This document shows, piece by piece, positions 41,200-54,275 of a stretch of DNA of 64,000 nucleotides. This DNA comes from Octopus vulgaris. Lineage: Eukaryota. Location of the stretch: the NCBI GenBank assembly GCA_951406725.2, contig OX597836.1, positions 37,572,001 to 37,636,000 of the forward strand. The letters run 5' to 3'. The position numbers and the translations under genes are program-made. The first letter of the stretch is position 1, and every line of letters starts with the position of its first letter. The notes beneath the pieces were generated by a model. The model was not told where the DNA came from and searched no databases. It saw nothing but the letters and a program-made list of their open reading frames with translations.

Positions 41200-41390
41200 A
41201 TGCATAAATGGGAGATAATAGGCGGAAACACCATTAAATATGAGTGGTTTTATAGAAGTTATCATGTACATCATAGAAAAATACGACATAATCGCAGAAA
41301 CGCATACTCCACTAAATAAAAGAAATGAGATTATATCATATTGTAAATAGATACCAAAATAAATTTATCATCAAAAAATGCGATCTGAAC
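41200..41390 (+). pseudogene. Possible Penelope GIY-YIG C-terminal relic
   Basis: PLNKRNEIISYC..NKF resembles LNxRxE...CRH.NKF; heavily decayed. Confidence 0.4.
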
Positions 41391-42019
41391 TGTAAACGGT
41401 GTAAAATAGCCTCTAATACTTTAACAGCTTCAATGCCACATAAAAAAATAAACATAGACACTTGTAAGAATCGAACCACAAAAAAAAAACGCCCCAAAAT
41501 AAATATACAATGCACAACTCACTAACAATCTTTCCTTAAAACGCACACAAAGACACACAATTACGCACTATAACAGAAAATCATTTAGCCATATATAATT
41601 TATATACCAGATTCCCCGATATACGGTATCTGATGTATAAAATCCTTTAATCTTAACCAAACACGCAAGCATATACACGTACACAAGCATACATACAACA
41701 CACACACATGCACGTACATACACGCAAATAGAAACTTATTATCAAAGCCAACCGCAAAATATTATCGGCCCTGGATCGTTACGCAGCACCCTTGAAGTAC
41801 AATAGAAATCTCCTCTCCCCTCCAAATAATTTTTTTCCATAAACAAATAAATATCCTCTAATGAGCAAAACAGATTTGATCAAAACATATACTTACACAA
41901 ACACACACACATCTTTCAGCAACAAATAACCTTAATGAGATAAACACAAATTTATCAAATAAACATTATAAGACAACTTTTCCCATAAACTTAGTATGAA
42001 TAATCATTTCAAATTACTT

Positions 42020-42218
42020 TGGTACAAAGCTAGAAATGTTTAGGGGCAAGTGGGTAGTCGACTTTGGTACTTGATTGATACTTAATTGTTTCGACGCCCG
42101 AAAAGATGAAAGGCAAAGTTGATCTGAGTAGAATTTGAACCGAGAACATAAAGAGCAGGAAAAATGCTGCACAGCATTTTGTCCGATATTCTAACGTTAC
42201 CAACGGCTCGCTGCCTTA
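42020..42218 (-). mobile_element. Diverged SINE family B
   Basis: GAAAAGATGAAAGGCAAAGTTGATC...GGCTCGCTGCC. Confidence 0.75.
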
Positions 42219-42504
42219 AACTTAGTAAAAATTATTTGTTTTATTTTAAAGACGTAAACACGTTAAAGTACGTCAAATACGATGAACATAAATTCAAAAA
42301 AACAGTCGATCAAGAGTTTAAAATGTAACATCCAATCAATCGACTTACCAATCACTATAGACAAAACGAGAGAAAAACTACAATTAGTCTAGAACCATCC
42401 CGATGGTCTTGGCATTTCTTCGATATTCAATGAAAATGTGTCGAATAACGGAACTTTTAATAAGGAACACAAAACAAAACCATTGTGCCAAGCTAATAAC
42501 GAAC

Positions 42505-42535
<31 letters not shown>

Positions 42536-43759
42536 TTAGTATGGCTTCCACACAGATTCTGTCTACTAAATTCATTCACAAGGCTCTGGTTAGTCCGGAG
42601 TTATTATAGTAAAACGCTTAGACGTGCGCTGCGCAATTAACTCGAAACTGAATGGTCGCAAATCTGATTCTTAACCACGCAGCCATGCTTGTTGTATTAA
42701 TACTCGTATCAATTTATAGCAACTAGATTAGGTGCTAAATGAGGTTAGGTCCATTGGTGTTAAAGCCTGTTGTTAATTATCATCAAGCATTTTAATGTCA
42801 ATGGTGCTACAACCGTCCCAATTTGCAATATAACATTTTAAAGAAATGTACATTTGAGAATGCAATCCTTGATACGCCTGAAAAAAGCTTTCGTCGTAGA
42901 TCTGATGGACTATAGCTGACTTGAGTGTAAACAAAAACCATAATATCATCCTTCAAAGGTAAGTCATTCGTCAGAAATCATATGCTAACAGAATTACCAA
43001 ATACTCCCCTTTATATTGTTAGTGAAAGCCATCGCAGATGTTGCCTCTGTTTTTTATCTATAAAACCCATACCAGTTAAATACTGGGGTGGGAGCAATTT
43101 TGTCGCCTACACTCTTCTCATGAAAATGTGTTAACTATTTATAGTCAGACTTTCAAAACTGCTCCCTGCTTTAAAGTAAACTAAATCTATTTAAAGCTGA
43201 AAGTTGTTTACATATTGTTGCTTTAAATCTCCATGGCTACCTCTATATAAATGGACACCATTTAAAGACCATGAGCTGTGTATTTTCCTGTTGCATAACA
43301 ATATGTGCTACTTTCACCGTCCCCGTTTTGAAAGTTATTGAGGAACACTATCAAGTTACAGAATGTGATGTCAGTTGAAATGTTTGTTTATTGAGTTCAT
43401 TCTGTCTCTTTAAAAAGCTATTCTTGCAGAATGTCAAGATAAGACCAACCCATAAATATAAATATAACAGTAAAGATTAACAGGACAACATTACTTTGTT
43501 GTCAAAAGTGTTTAACACGAAATATGACGTATTCCATTGACAAGATCAACCTTGTCAAGATGGGTTTTTTTTATTCGTTAGAGAGGGCAGGTCAGTGGCC
43601 ATAACACTTTACGTGTTGAGTACCTCTAAGAATAGGGAGAGGATGGGTGGAAAACCTCATCTAAATTATTGCAACAGAGTGAACTCTGCATAAAAGGTGT
43701 TCGGTTTTAAACCGGGCGATGGATTAAGTCTAAATTCATGATTCAAAGAGACGTTCTGG

Positions 43760-44700
43760 TCATTCTGCAATCTTAGGATGTCAGCAGGATCCTTGATCGC
43801 CTGCGATACTTCTTTTATATCATCGGCGTAGCCGGTGTGTGTGGTTGACTTTATGGCTGAGGGCATGTCCGAGAGAGCAACAACAAACAGTAGTGGACCC
43901 AGCACTGTTCCCTAGGGGGTTGGTGTCACTTCAGAGAGAGCACCATTTGCTGTGACAGTCTGACTTCTGCTCCTCAAGAAATCACGCATCCACTTTCTCA
44001 GTCTACCAGCGATATCGAGAAAACGCAATTTGTGACATATCATCCCATGATGGACTTTTGTCAAACGCCTTGGCAATGTCGGGATAATTCACATCCATAT
44101 TTGAATGGTTGAGCTATTCTTTTAGTACCCAATTTGAATGGTTGAGCTGATGTTTTAGTGCTGTAGTAGCTGTTTTAGGCAGCTCTTTCCAGGAATTAAA
44201 CCATGTTGTGTGTCTGTAAGCAAGTCATTTTCCACTAGGAACGTGGTCAGTTTTTTCTGACAATGCATTCCATGATCTTGCTGAAATGTGAGGTCAGAGA
44301 GAAAGGCCGGTAGCTTTTAGCATTTGTTCTGCCTCCTCCTTTGTGGACAAGGCAGATTATTCCTTCTTTCAACGTTTGAGAAAATGTACTGCATTCAAGG
44401 GAATTCTGGAAAAGCATTTGCAGTGGTTTTGCAGGTGGTTTTCGCAGTGGTTTCTTGCATGTTTTTAAAAAAATTGGCGGGTGTTCATCTGGACCTGTTG
44501 CATTGTTTGGATTACCTCGTCAATGGCCGACAATTCATCCTCCTCTGTAATGTCAATGTAATTGATGGTCGCCTTTCCTCTTGTAGGTTAGATGCGTTGA
44601 AGAACTCATCAGATTTGCTTATTTTCATGTTTTCTATGGAAATATTTTTTTAAAACATTTCATTTCATTTTTCCACAATTTAATTGGTTTTCGTGCTTTA
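43760..44700 (-). pseudogene. CR1-clade LINE reverse transcriptase relic
   Basis: Minus: DIAKAFDK...WMRDFL.SRSQTV...GTVLGPLLFVVALSDM...GYADDIK. Confidence 0.85.
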
Positions 44701-44796
44701 GTATAAGCTGAAAAAGTTGCAAAGACTTGAAACCAGTACTAAAATGCTCTTCATGATGAAATTATTTTAGCATTTTTTTCCTTGTCTTATTTTTAC

Positions 44797-44860
<64 letters not shown>

Positions 44861-44867
44861 ATGTAGT

Positions 44868-45172
44868 AGGCGCGTAGGTTAGTGGTTCGGGTATTCAGCT
44901 AAGAGTTCAATTCCCGGCCTCGCATTGTGTCTTAGAGCAAGACGCTTTATTTCACGTTGTTCCAGCCCACTCAGTGGGAAAATATGTGTAGTACTCTGTT
45001 TCAAAGGGGGCCAGCTTTGTCGCATTCTGTGTCACACTGAATCTCCCTGAGGACTATGCTGAGGGTACACAAGTCTGTGGAATGCTCAGCCACTTGCACG
45101 CTTAATTTCACGAGCAGGCTGTTCCGTTGATCCGATCAACTGGAACACCCGTCGTCGTAAGGGGCGGAGTAC
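44868..45172 (+). mobile_element. SINE family C
   Basis: GGCGCGTAGGTTAGTGGTT...TGTGTCTTAGAGCAAGACGCTTTATTTCACG...CGTCGTCGTAA. Confidence 0.85.
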
Positions 45173-45174
45173 CA

Positions 45175-45254
<80 letters not shown>

Positions 45255-45293
45255 TTTTTTGTGCATCTTGATGCTGACATAAGTTCCTTGCTT

Positions 45294-45376
45294 TTTTCCT
45301 GATGAGAAGGCGGCATAATACACCCCTTATTCCTTCGAAATTAGGAATATGCAGCCTTCGAAACATATGTCGAAAA
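45294..45376 (+). ncRNA. Fully canonical type I hammerhead ribozyme
   Basis: UUUUC-CUGAUGA-GAAGGC[..GCAUA...UAUGC..]GCCUUC-GAAA-CAUAUG-UC^GAAAA; GUC triplet, palindromic ACAUAUGU stem III, cleavage predicted after 45371. Confidence 0.85.
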
Positions 45377-45423
45377 TAAAATGAAGGAATTTTGTTAATT
45401 CGTCGTTCAACTCCATTCTTTCA

Positions 45424-45477
<54 letters not shown>

Positions 45478-45478
<1 letters not shown>

Positions 45479-45690
45479 TAATCCAAACATGTAAACACAA
45501 AGAGTAAACACAACAACGCGAGGACGTGGAACAAGTATAGTGTTATTGGACGCTCAGGAAAGGAAAGAAAGAAGGAGGATTTTAACGTTTTGAGCAGAGC
45601 TCTTCGCCAGAAACATAGGACAGGGAAAGATCCAAGGAAGGGAAGACGGAGGAAAAAAATTGCCAACGATACACACACGGTCACATATTG
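45478..45690 (-). mobile_element. (TA)n-flanked PLE-type short repeat with a decayed hammerhead (45581-45614)
   Basis: Minus: UUU-CUGGCGA-A-GAGC(UCU)GCUC-AAAAC-GUU-AAA; shares TCCTGAGCG with the 2590/58413 family; partial relative at 32825-32900. Confidence 0.65.
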
Positions 45691-45720
45691 AATATATGAA
45701 TATATGTATATGTATGTATG

Positions 45721-45801
<81 letters not shown>

Positions 45802-45803
45802 GC

Positions 45804-45972
45804 ACACGGTGGTGCTGACAGGTTCCTGGCTGGAGGCACTATTTTCCGAGTTCTTTTGAAGGGCTTAGATTCAGTTCGTGAATCTGAAAGGGGAGTACAT
45901 TGAATAAAATTATAAGTAACAGATCATCTTGTATTTTCTTTTACTTAAAGCAAAGAAAATTTCAGCCCCACA
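45804..45972 (+). mobile_element. Short internally deleted mariner relic
   Basis: CACGGTGGTGCTGACAGGTTCCTGGCT / AAAGCAAAGAAAATTTCAGCCCCAC; GEYIE* transposase end. Confidence 0.55.
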
Positions 45973-46249
45973 AAATATTATCAGCATCCATAGGAAAGAA
46001 CTGAAATATAACGTCTCTGTATCTCCCATACTTAGCATTCCTTATTTATTAATAAGCGTTTGAGATTACCAACAGCTATTATAGGGTTTTAATTGCTTTT
46101 AATATCCGTTAAGTTATATGTTTACCGATTCCTTCTTAGCACGTTTATGTGTATGAGTGTATATATATAGATATATATATTTATATTTATATATATATAT
46201 ATATAAATGTGTGTGCACGTATATGTATATATATATGTATGCATTTATC

Positions 46250-46495
46250 TCTCTCTATCCGCTCAGTCGAAGTCGACTCTCGGTTACACGTTGGATCAGT
46301 GTCCTCCAATCAGTTCTATCCTGGGCCGCTTCTTTCAGACAGGCTATGTCCATTCTGGTATCACTCTTGATGGTGTCAAGCCAACGGGTTCTTGGTCGGC
46401 CTCTTACTCTCTTGCCACTGAACATTCCGAGCATGATGTCCTTCTCCAGGGATTTTCTCCGCATAATATGACCGAAATATGCCAATATGACCGAA
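46250..46495 (-). mobile_element. RTE-clade (BovB-like) LINE 3' end
   Basis: LAYFGHIMRRKSLEKDIMLG...RGRPRTRWLDTIK...AQDRTDWR. Confidence 0.9.
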
Positions 46496-46508
46496 AATGC
46501 ATTTATAT

Positions 46509-46578
<70 letters not shown>

Positions 46579-47017
46579 AATAGTGTTTAGTTACTCCTGC
46601 ACCATATTTTCGGGCTAGCTTCCAGATATCTGAGAATGGACACCTTCAGTAGACTTTCGTGGTAGTTGTCAAAGTTAATTATTAGATTTCCAAGATAGCT
46701 CATTCTTTCTGTTCATTAATGTTACGGGGGATTCTTAATATGATAATTATTATTTAAGCCAAACACATTTTGAACAATTACTGCATGTATTTGTTTGTAT
46801 GCAAGATTCAAGATTCTATTGAAAATACAATAGGCTCATATTTAAGTCATTTTGCTTGTTGATTTTTGTGTCGTTGTTTGAACTACCTAATATGTTCATA
46901 ATATTGCTACCATATTTTACGTGAGCTTTCTGCAAAGTCCATATAAAATATGGTACTGCCAACTCGTTGCAATGTGGTAGCCTGATCTAAGATGCAGTTA
47001 TTCATACATTCGATAAA

Positions 47018-47433
47018 GGCGACGAGCTGGCTGAACCGTTAGCACGCCAGGCGGAATGCGTAGCCGTATTTCGTCTGCCGTTACGTTCTGAGTTCAAATT
47101 CCGCCGAGGTCGACTTTTCCTTTCATCCTTTCGGGCTCGATAAATTAAGTACCAGTTACGCACTGGGGTCGATATAATCGACTTAATCCAAATGTCTGTC
47201 CTTGTTTGTTCCCTCTGTGTTTAGCCCCTAGTGGGTAGTAAAGAAATAGGTATTTCGTCTGTCGCTACGTTCTGAGTTCAAATTCCGCCGAGGTCGACTT
47301 TGCCTTTCATCCTTTCGGGGTCGATAAAATAAGTACCAGTTACGCAGTGGGGTCGATGTAATCGACTTAATCCCTTTGTCTGTCCTTGTTTGTCCTCTCT
47401 GTGTTTAGCTCCTTGTGGGGTAGTAAAGAAATA
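47018..47433 (+). mobile_element. SINE family B head-to-tail dimer
   Basis: Full monomer plus a 5'-truncated monomer joined at AAAGAAATA|GGTATTTCGTC; ATTCATACATTCGAT flanks both sides. Confidence 0.9.
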
Positions 47434-47792
47434 TATTCATACATTCGATTTTGAATGGACATGGTTTCTCCTTGGTTTATTCTGGTTGTTCTGTATTGAA
47501 GGATTCTGTGCGTTTATAACGAGATAATTTTTTTTTTTTTTTTGAGATGAATACGAATACAGAATAACCGAATTTAGTATACGTCCTGACAAATAATTTA
47601 TGATAGCTCGTTGTTATGGCGGAAATGATTGTTGATTTAGGATCGGGAATTGTTTTGCCGCGCAGAGTAATAAAGTACTTGCTGAACGGTGGATTGAAGT
47701 AGATCGCAGCTCTTCTCCTAATGCAGCTGTTTTATTGTTTGTAATTGATAAGTCATATACTGTTATGATTTTATTATCAATAGTTATAGCAG

Positions 47793-48379
47793 GTGAAGGC
47801 GCATGGCTCAGTGGTTAGAGTGTCGAGCTTACGATAGTGAGGTTGTGAGCTTAGGCGGTGAGCTGGCAGAAACGTTAGCACGCCGGGCGAAATGCGTAGC
47901 CGTATTTCGTCAGCCGTTACGTTCTGAGTTCAAATTCCGCCAAGGTCCACTTTGCCTTTCATCCTTTCGGGATCGATAAATTAAGTACCAGCTACGCACT
48001 GGGGTCGATGTAATCGACTTAATCCGTTTGTCTGTCCTTGTTTGTCCCTTCTATGTTTAGCCCCTTGTGGGTAGTAAAGAAACGGATAGTGAGGTTGTGA
48101 GTTCGATTCCCAGACTGGGCTGCGTGTTGTGTTCTTGAGCAAGACACTTTATTTCACGTTCCTCCAGTTCACTCAGCTGTAGAAATGAGTTGCGATGTCA
48201 CTGGTGCCAAGCTGTATCGGCCTTTGCCTTTGATAACATCAGTGCTGTGGAGAGGGTAGGCTGGTATGCATGGACGACTGCTGGCCTTCCATAAACAAAC
48301 TTGCCCGGACTTGTGCCTGGGAGAGTAACCTTCTAGGTGCAATCCCATGGTCATTCATGACCAAACAGGGTCTCATATT
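47793..48379 (+). mobile_element. CORE-like SINE family D (12-bp TSD TAGTTATAGCAG) hosting a nested SINE B
   Basis: GAAGGCGCATGGCTCAGTGGTTAGAG ... GTTCGATTCCC...TTCTTGAGCAAGACACTTTATTTCACG; tail differs from family C. Confidence 0.85.
47854..48083 (+). mobile_element. Nested SINE family B with 17-bp TSD
   Basis: GATAGTGAGGTTGTGAG at 47833-47849 and 48085-48101. Confidence 0.95.
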
Positions 48380-49025
48380 TAGTTATAGCAGATTGTCTTG
48401 ATAAGCTTGACCTCGGTTTCTGAAAAAATTGCTTCATCAGAACAAAGGCTGTTTAGATTTTCTCGTGCGATAAAATACGAACAGTGTTATTGATTAATCT
48501 ATCAATATGAATATTTGCCGAAAGAAGCAGGAGAAATATATGTGCCTATTCTTTAAACAAAATCGGCCGTAATTTAAGAATAAGCATACAAGACACAAAC
48601 ATAATTTGTAAAATATAACTTAAGGGGTGTTGTGTAGTTGAAATTATTTCAACGGTTCATGGGAAACGCACTGTACTTTACAGATTTAGCAAAAATTAGC
48701 CGTGTAGATCGTTGCGAGATCCTGCCTTGATATAACGAGTATATAATTAGAATTTAATATTAGAGGTTGTGTGTATATATGTACATACACTCACATTCGA
48801 ACATACACACATACACATATACATTTATATATACATTCACAGTTACGCATACATGCGTGTGTATATATATTTATATGAACGTACACTCATACATCTATAC
48901 ATTGTTGCATGCATATATATATATATATATATATGTATACATACGTGTTTATATTTCTACACATGTGTATGTGCAATTAATCACTGTCCTACTGCCTTCA
49001 CATGCATGTGTGTGCACGTGTGCGC

Positions 49026-49064
<39 letters not shown>

Positions 49065-49099
49065 TATAAATCCCTTTCCCCTTATAATTGTTGGCCTTG

Positions 49100-50180
49100 A
49101 GCCAAACTTTGAAAGAATTAAGTCGCTGGTGTATATTAAAGAGATATTGATAGAGACAAATTGGGACTGGGAGCTGGGTAGCAAACTAGAAGAGGTAACT
49201 GCAAATGGTGTCGCAACCAACGTGCTAGCCGTAAGAATGGCCCTCGATTATTTCTTCAATGCGAAACACACGAAGGTTGCATTGTTCTTTTTTTGTCTTA
49301 GCTCGTGCACTAAAACAAGAAGGAACGGAAGCCTTTCAATGGACTCGGGTGGTGAAGAGGTAACCTGGCAGCAAAGGCGTAATTCAGTCTTTGACAGGTC
49401 AGGATGTGTGCGTATTATGTGGCTCCATGCAAGTACGTCTGGCATTTCCTGTAGCACTTTGCTCAACTGCTCCGAGTAGGCAATAGTTCACAGAGAATTA
49501 TGGGTTGTAGTGGTTACCTCAACGCCCTGCTGCAACTAATCGACAAAGGAGACACGGCACTGCGAAAGGTCAATGGCAAGAGCTGACATACGAGAAGTAT
49601 TAAGTGTTTACGCAGGGGACAAATCGCCCGGTTTGTATGGTCTGTTCTATAAGTTTCCTATGTCACATACGTTTTGAAAGCTCGTAGAAAATGTCTATCA
49701 TAACTGGCAGCAAAATTGAAGAATTTCCATTGCTGTGAGGTATGTTAACGGTGCTGAAAATGGCCACTAACAAAGGAAATATTATAGATAATTTCCGACC
49801 CATAAATGCAAGGTTTAAAATTTGGGGCAAGGCGTAAGTAAAGATATTGGCGCTTGTCGTAGGTGGTCTTATCAGAGAAGCTCAAATGTGTGTGATACCC
49901 AATAGATCCATATATTGCACCTCATGCAATATATCAGTGATAGGATCGACCATGGCTATCTGACAGCTGTCCTAAAAGCAGCCGGGTTCGGATCCGCTTT
50001 CAGTGGCTAAATTGCAGCATTGCACAGAGGCGCTTCTTCGGTGGTCTAAGTAAACAGCCACCACTCGGAACCGTCTTATATCATGTGTTCGATCCGTTAG
50101 GGGGTTTTCTCTTTCTGTAAGTACTGGTGCTCGAGCCTTTGCTGCTGCTAAGAAGCTTGAGGACATCCGTTTCGAACTAG
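49100..50180 (+). pseudogene. Tx1/L1-clade ORF2 relic (linker plus RT N-terminal half)
   Basis: DKSPGLYGLFYKF, DNFRPI, DRIDHGYLTAVLKAAGFG, SIR*GFSLS (cf. SVRQGCPLS). Confidence 0.8.
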
Positions 50181-50303
50181 AATGCGAGGTCGATGAAATA
50201 AACACCAACTAATCATTGGGGGTCTACATAACCAAAAAGCACCATCTCCCAAAATTTCAAGCCTTGTGCGAATGGTAGAAAGTATTATCATTTTAATTAT
50301 TTA

Positions 50304-51190
50304 AGGCAATGAGCTGGCAGAATCGTTAGCACGCCGGATGGAATACTTGGCAGCATTTACGTTCTGAGTTCAAATTCTCCTGAGGTTGACTTTGCCTTTC
50401 ATCCTTTCAGGGTTGGTAAAATATGTACTAGTTAAACACTGGGGTTCGATGTAATCGACTCGTCCCCGCCAAAAATTAAAAATTGCTGCTCTTGTGGCAA
50501 AATTTGAAACAATTATTATTTTAATTATTAAATCGGTGAACTGGCAGTTTTGTTAGAGCATCGGAAAAAAAAAGGCTGAGCAGCATTTCGTCTGTCTTTA
50601 CGTTCTGAGTTCAAATTCCGTCGGCGTCGACTTTACCTTTCATCCTTTTGGGGGCGATAAAATGAGTACAGGTCGATGAAAACAACTAGCCACCATCAAC
50701 AAAATTTCAGACTTTCGGCTTATAGTATAAAGAATTATATCAAAATTATTAATAATATATATTTCTTTACTGCCAACAAGGGGCTAAACAAGAACAAAGG
50801 GATTAAGTCGATTACATCGATCCCAGTGCGAAACTGGTACTTTATTTATCGACCCCGAAAGGATGAAAGGCAAAGTCGACCTCGGCGGAATTTGAACTCA
50901 GAACGTAACGGCAGACGAAATACGGCTACGCATTTCGCCTGGCGTGCTAACGTTTCTTATTTCTTTACTGCCCGCAAGGGGCTAAACACAGAGGAGACAA
51001 ACAAGGACAGTCAAACAGATTAAGTCGATTATATCAACCCCAGTGCGTAACTGGTACTTATTTAATCGACCCCGAAAAGATGAAAGGCAAAGTCGATCGC
51101 GGCGGAATTTGAATTCAGAACGTAAAGACAGACGAAATACAGCTACGCATTTCGCCCGGCGAGCTAATGTTTCTGCCAGCTCGCCGCCTT
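50304..51190. mobile_element. Cluster of SINE family B copies (two diverged +, then a young - tandem at 50760-51190)
   Basis: Repeated TTCTGAGTTCAAATT / GAATTTGAACTCAGAACG motifs. Confidence 0.85.
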
Positions 51191-51688
51191 TTAACTCTTT
51201 TAAAAATTATTAATAATATAATCGCCCGTCGTATGTAGTCAGAGTTTCATTAACATCCGGTTGTTGCATCTTGCAATACTTAATTTCATGCTCGATTTAT
51301 CGCTGTTCTATCTATGAATGCAACTTCCGCTTTATTCTGTTCAATGACAAATACACTTAAGAGACGATTAAAAAAGACTCTTATAGCTATGCCAACGGCA
51401 TTTTCATCTTTGCGGTCAGCTTTCCAAAAGGCATACCCTTCACTTGATACTGGGTGTATGCATTTGTACATCCTGCTATAGAGGACACAAGTTGTGCGTT
51501 TATTTCAAGGAAAGTAGAAATATTCATAATTACTTAGTCATTTTATATTAATTTCAAATACCGTCCATTAGAAAATATTTTGTCTGTAGAAGAAATAAAG
51601 AAAGAGTTACGCTGACATAGAGGATAAAAACTCACACGCGTGTTCCTTCAGAATAAACATCCTGAATATAAAGCTATATAATCAATGT

Positions 51689-51981
51689 TGTTTGTTCCTT
51701 CTCAAGCCATTCCTGACTCATAGGGCCGGTTTCCCGGTTTCCTTGGCGTATAGGTTCCTCACCTGGACGGGAGGCCGGTCCGTCGCAGGTGAGCTGCAAG
51801 AGGAAAGAGTGAAAATTGTGGCGAAAGAGTCAGCAGAAATTCGCCATTACCTTCTGCCAGAGCCGCGTGGAGATTAGGTCTTTCGCTCGTAAACACACAC
51901 GTCGCCCAGTCTGAGATTCGAACCCGCGTTCCCTCGACTGCGAGTCCGCTGCTCTAACCACTAGGCCATGTGCCGCCACCC
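51689..51981 (-). mobile_element. tRNA(Arg)-like SINE family E with 11-bp TSD
   Basis: Minus: GGCGGCACATGGCCTAGTGGTTAGAGCAGCGGACTCGCA...GGGTTCGAATC; TSD ATAATCAATGT; (AAC)n-like tail. Confidence 0.9.
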
Positions 51982-52355
51982 ATAATCAATGTAAAAGGCC
52001 GGTAATAACGATGTGGGGTAAGCTATTTATGATTATTCCAAATTAGAGACACATGGCATCTTATATTAAAGAATTGGTGATTCGAACCCCCGGCCAGGCC
52101 TGGACCAGTAGATTCATGATCAAAGAAATTTTAACAAAAAAATATCGTCGTTTTAATGAGTCACAATATATCTAGGAGTCATTATCGTAAGTGGACTTTA
52201 CTTTTGTTTTCTTTTTTCTGGAGTCTGTAGGGTGTGGTTTGGTAGATATGTAGTGTTGCTTCTAGCAGTGTGAGAGACTGCGTAGAGGCTTCCACGTTTG
52301 CCTTGTGAGGAAGATAAGGTGTAATCTCTGTAGACAGCATTAGGGAAATTTTTTC

Positions 52356-52800
52356 GGATCTTTTCGGTTTGAACGGCAGTTTTTTCTCGCGGTGTCATAT
52401 GAAATTGTCACCCATAATTATGACCCTAGTATCGATCTATTGCATTTCAATCTGTTTTCGGTTAGTTAGGGTTAGGGTTAGTTAGAGTTAGTTAGGGTTA
52501 GGGGTGGGGGAAAGGTATCTTTTTTTCTTCACAAATGTAAATAAACCCAACCTGTTTCTTAAACGAGGGACATATTCATACGGCACACAATGTTTTCACC
52601 TCAATAGACGTCATTGTTTGGTTGAAATTGCAGAAATTGAAGAAAAAAACAACAAATATCTTACAAACTATAGAATTTTCTCAATAAAGCCAAGAGGAAA
52701 AGATGTTTTATAAACACATTCTACCAGTATACGAAGTTTAAAATGTTTTGTTAGGTGGAAATTATTTTTAAAAAAACTGCCGTTCAAACCGAAAAGATCC
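52356..52800. mobile_element. Second copy (inverted) of the GGATC-TIR MITE with (TTAGGG)n
   Basis: Same TIRs as 24486-24896; TSD ATTTTTTC with T-slippage. Confidence 0.9.
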
Positions 52801-52915
52801 ATTTTTTTTCTACCTGTAATTGGAATTGGAAACGGGCTCGCGGAATTACCTGACAATGGATGAGAAGACACTTCTGTTTGGAACTCAGCACCTCAGAAAG
52901 CAAAGATTGAGTGTA

Positions 52916-52955
<40 letters not shown>

Positions 52956-53189
52956 TGAGAAAACAAGAGACGTAGGTACTTAGTGCTCATTGTAAGAAGG
53001 CAAAGGGTACCAAGTACACTTATTACGTTTCTAACTTTCGGTTCGGTTCTCTCTTACCGTAAATTAATACTATTACCAGCCAAATATCTATTACATACGA
53101 CCTCTTCTATGTTGACCTCGCTTGTCTGTAACAACAAAAGCACTGCGCAGAAGCAATACCTCATCATATCGACAACAATATCAAGATAT

Positions 53190-53307
53190 TCGTGTGTGTA
53201 TGTCTCTGTTTGTGTGTGTGTGTAAGTATGTGTGTGTATTGTGTGAGTGCGTATGTGTGTGTATTGTGTGAGTACGTATGTATGTGTATGTATGTGTATG
53301 TGTGTGT

Positions 53308-53363
<56 letters not shown>

Positions 53364-53730
53364 ACGTGTGTGTGTGAGTGTGTGTGTGTGTGTGAGTGCG
53401 TATGTGTGTGTATGTATGTGTATGTGTGTGTATGTATGTGTATGTGTATGTGTGTGTACGTGTGTGTGTGTGTGTGTGTGTGTGTGAGTGCGTATGTGTG
53501 TGTATGTGTATGTGTGTACGTGTGTGTGTGTGTGAGAGAGAGAGCGTATGTGTGTGTATGTATGTGAATGTGTGTGTGTATGTATGTGTATGTGTGTGTA
53601 CTGTGTGTGTGTGAGTGTGTGTGAGTGCGTATGTGTGTGTGTGTGTGTGTGTACGTGTGTGTGTGTGAGTGGTGTGTGTGTGAGTGCGTATGTGTGTGTA
53701 TGTATGTGTATGTGTGTGTGTGTATGTGTA

Positions 53731-53763
<33 letters not shown>

Positions 53764-53795
53764 GTGTGTGTGTGTGAGTGCGTATATGTGTGTAT

Positions 53796-53832
<37 letters not shown>

Positions 53833-53881
53833 TGAGTGCGTATGTGTGTGTATGTATGTGTATGTGTGTGTGTGTGTGTGT

Positions 53882-53921
<40 letters not shown>

Positions 53922-54220
53922 ATGTGTGTGTATGTGTGTGTACGTGTGTGTGAGTGTATGTGTGTGTGTGTGAGTGCGTATGTGCGTGTATGTATGTATA
54001 TGTGTGTGTGTATGTATGTGTGTGTGTACTGTTTGTGTGTATGTGTGAGTGTGTGTGTGTGTGCGTATGTGTGTGTATGTATGTGTATGTGTGTACGTGT
54101 GTGTGTGTATGTGTGTGTACTGTATGTGTGTATGTATGTATGTGTGTGTGTGTGTGTGTGTATGTGTGTGTGTGTGTGTGTGTACGTGTATGTATGTGTG
54201 TGTGTATGTATGTGTATGTA

Positions 54221-54258
<38 letters not shown>

Positions 54259-54275
54259 TGTACGTGTGTATGTAT
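53190..54275. repeat. Complex (TG)n-derived satellite with recurrent GTAC/GAGTGCGTAT interruptions
   Basis: Direct inspection; source of the 394-aa HTHT ORF. Confidence 0.95.

Noticed and set aside
48406-48443. Minus-strand CUGAUGAA...GAAACCGAGGUC hammerhead candidate
   Set aside because: Stem II does not pair and stem I is only 2 bp; at most a decayed relic.
51900-51981. tRNA genes (A/B-box sequences here and at other SINE heads)
   Set aside because: They continue into SINE bodies with TSDs and lack a proper acceptor stem.
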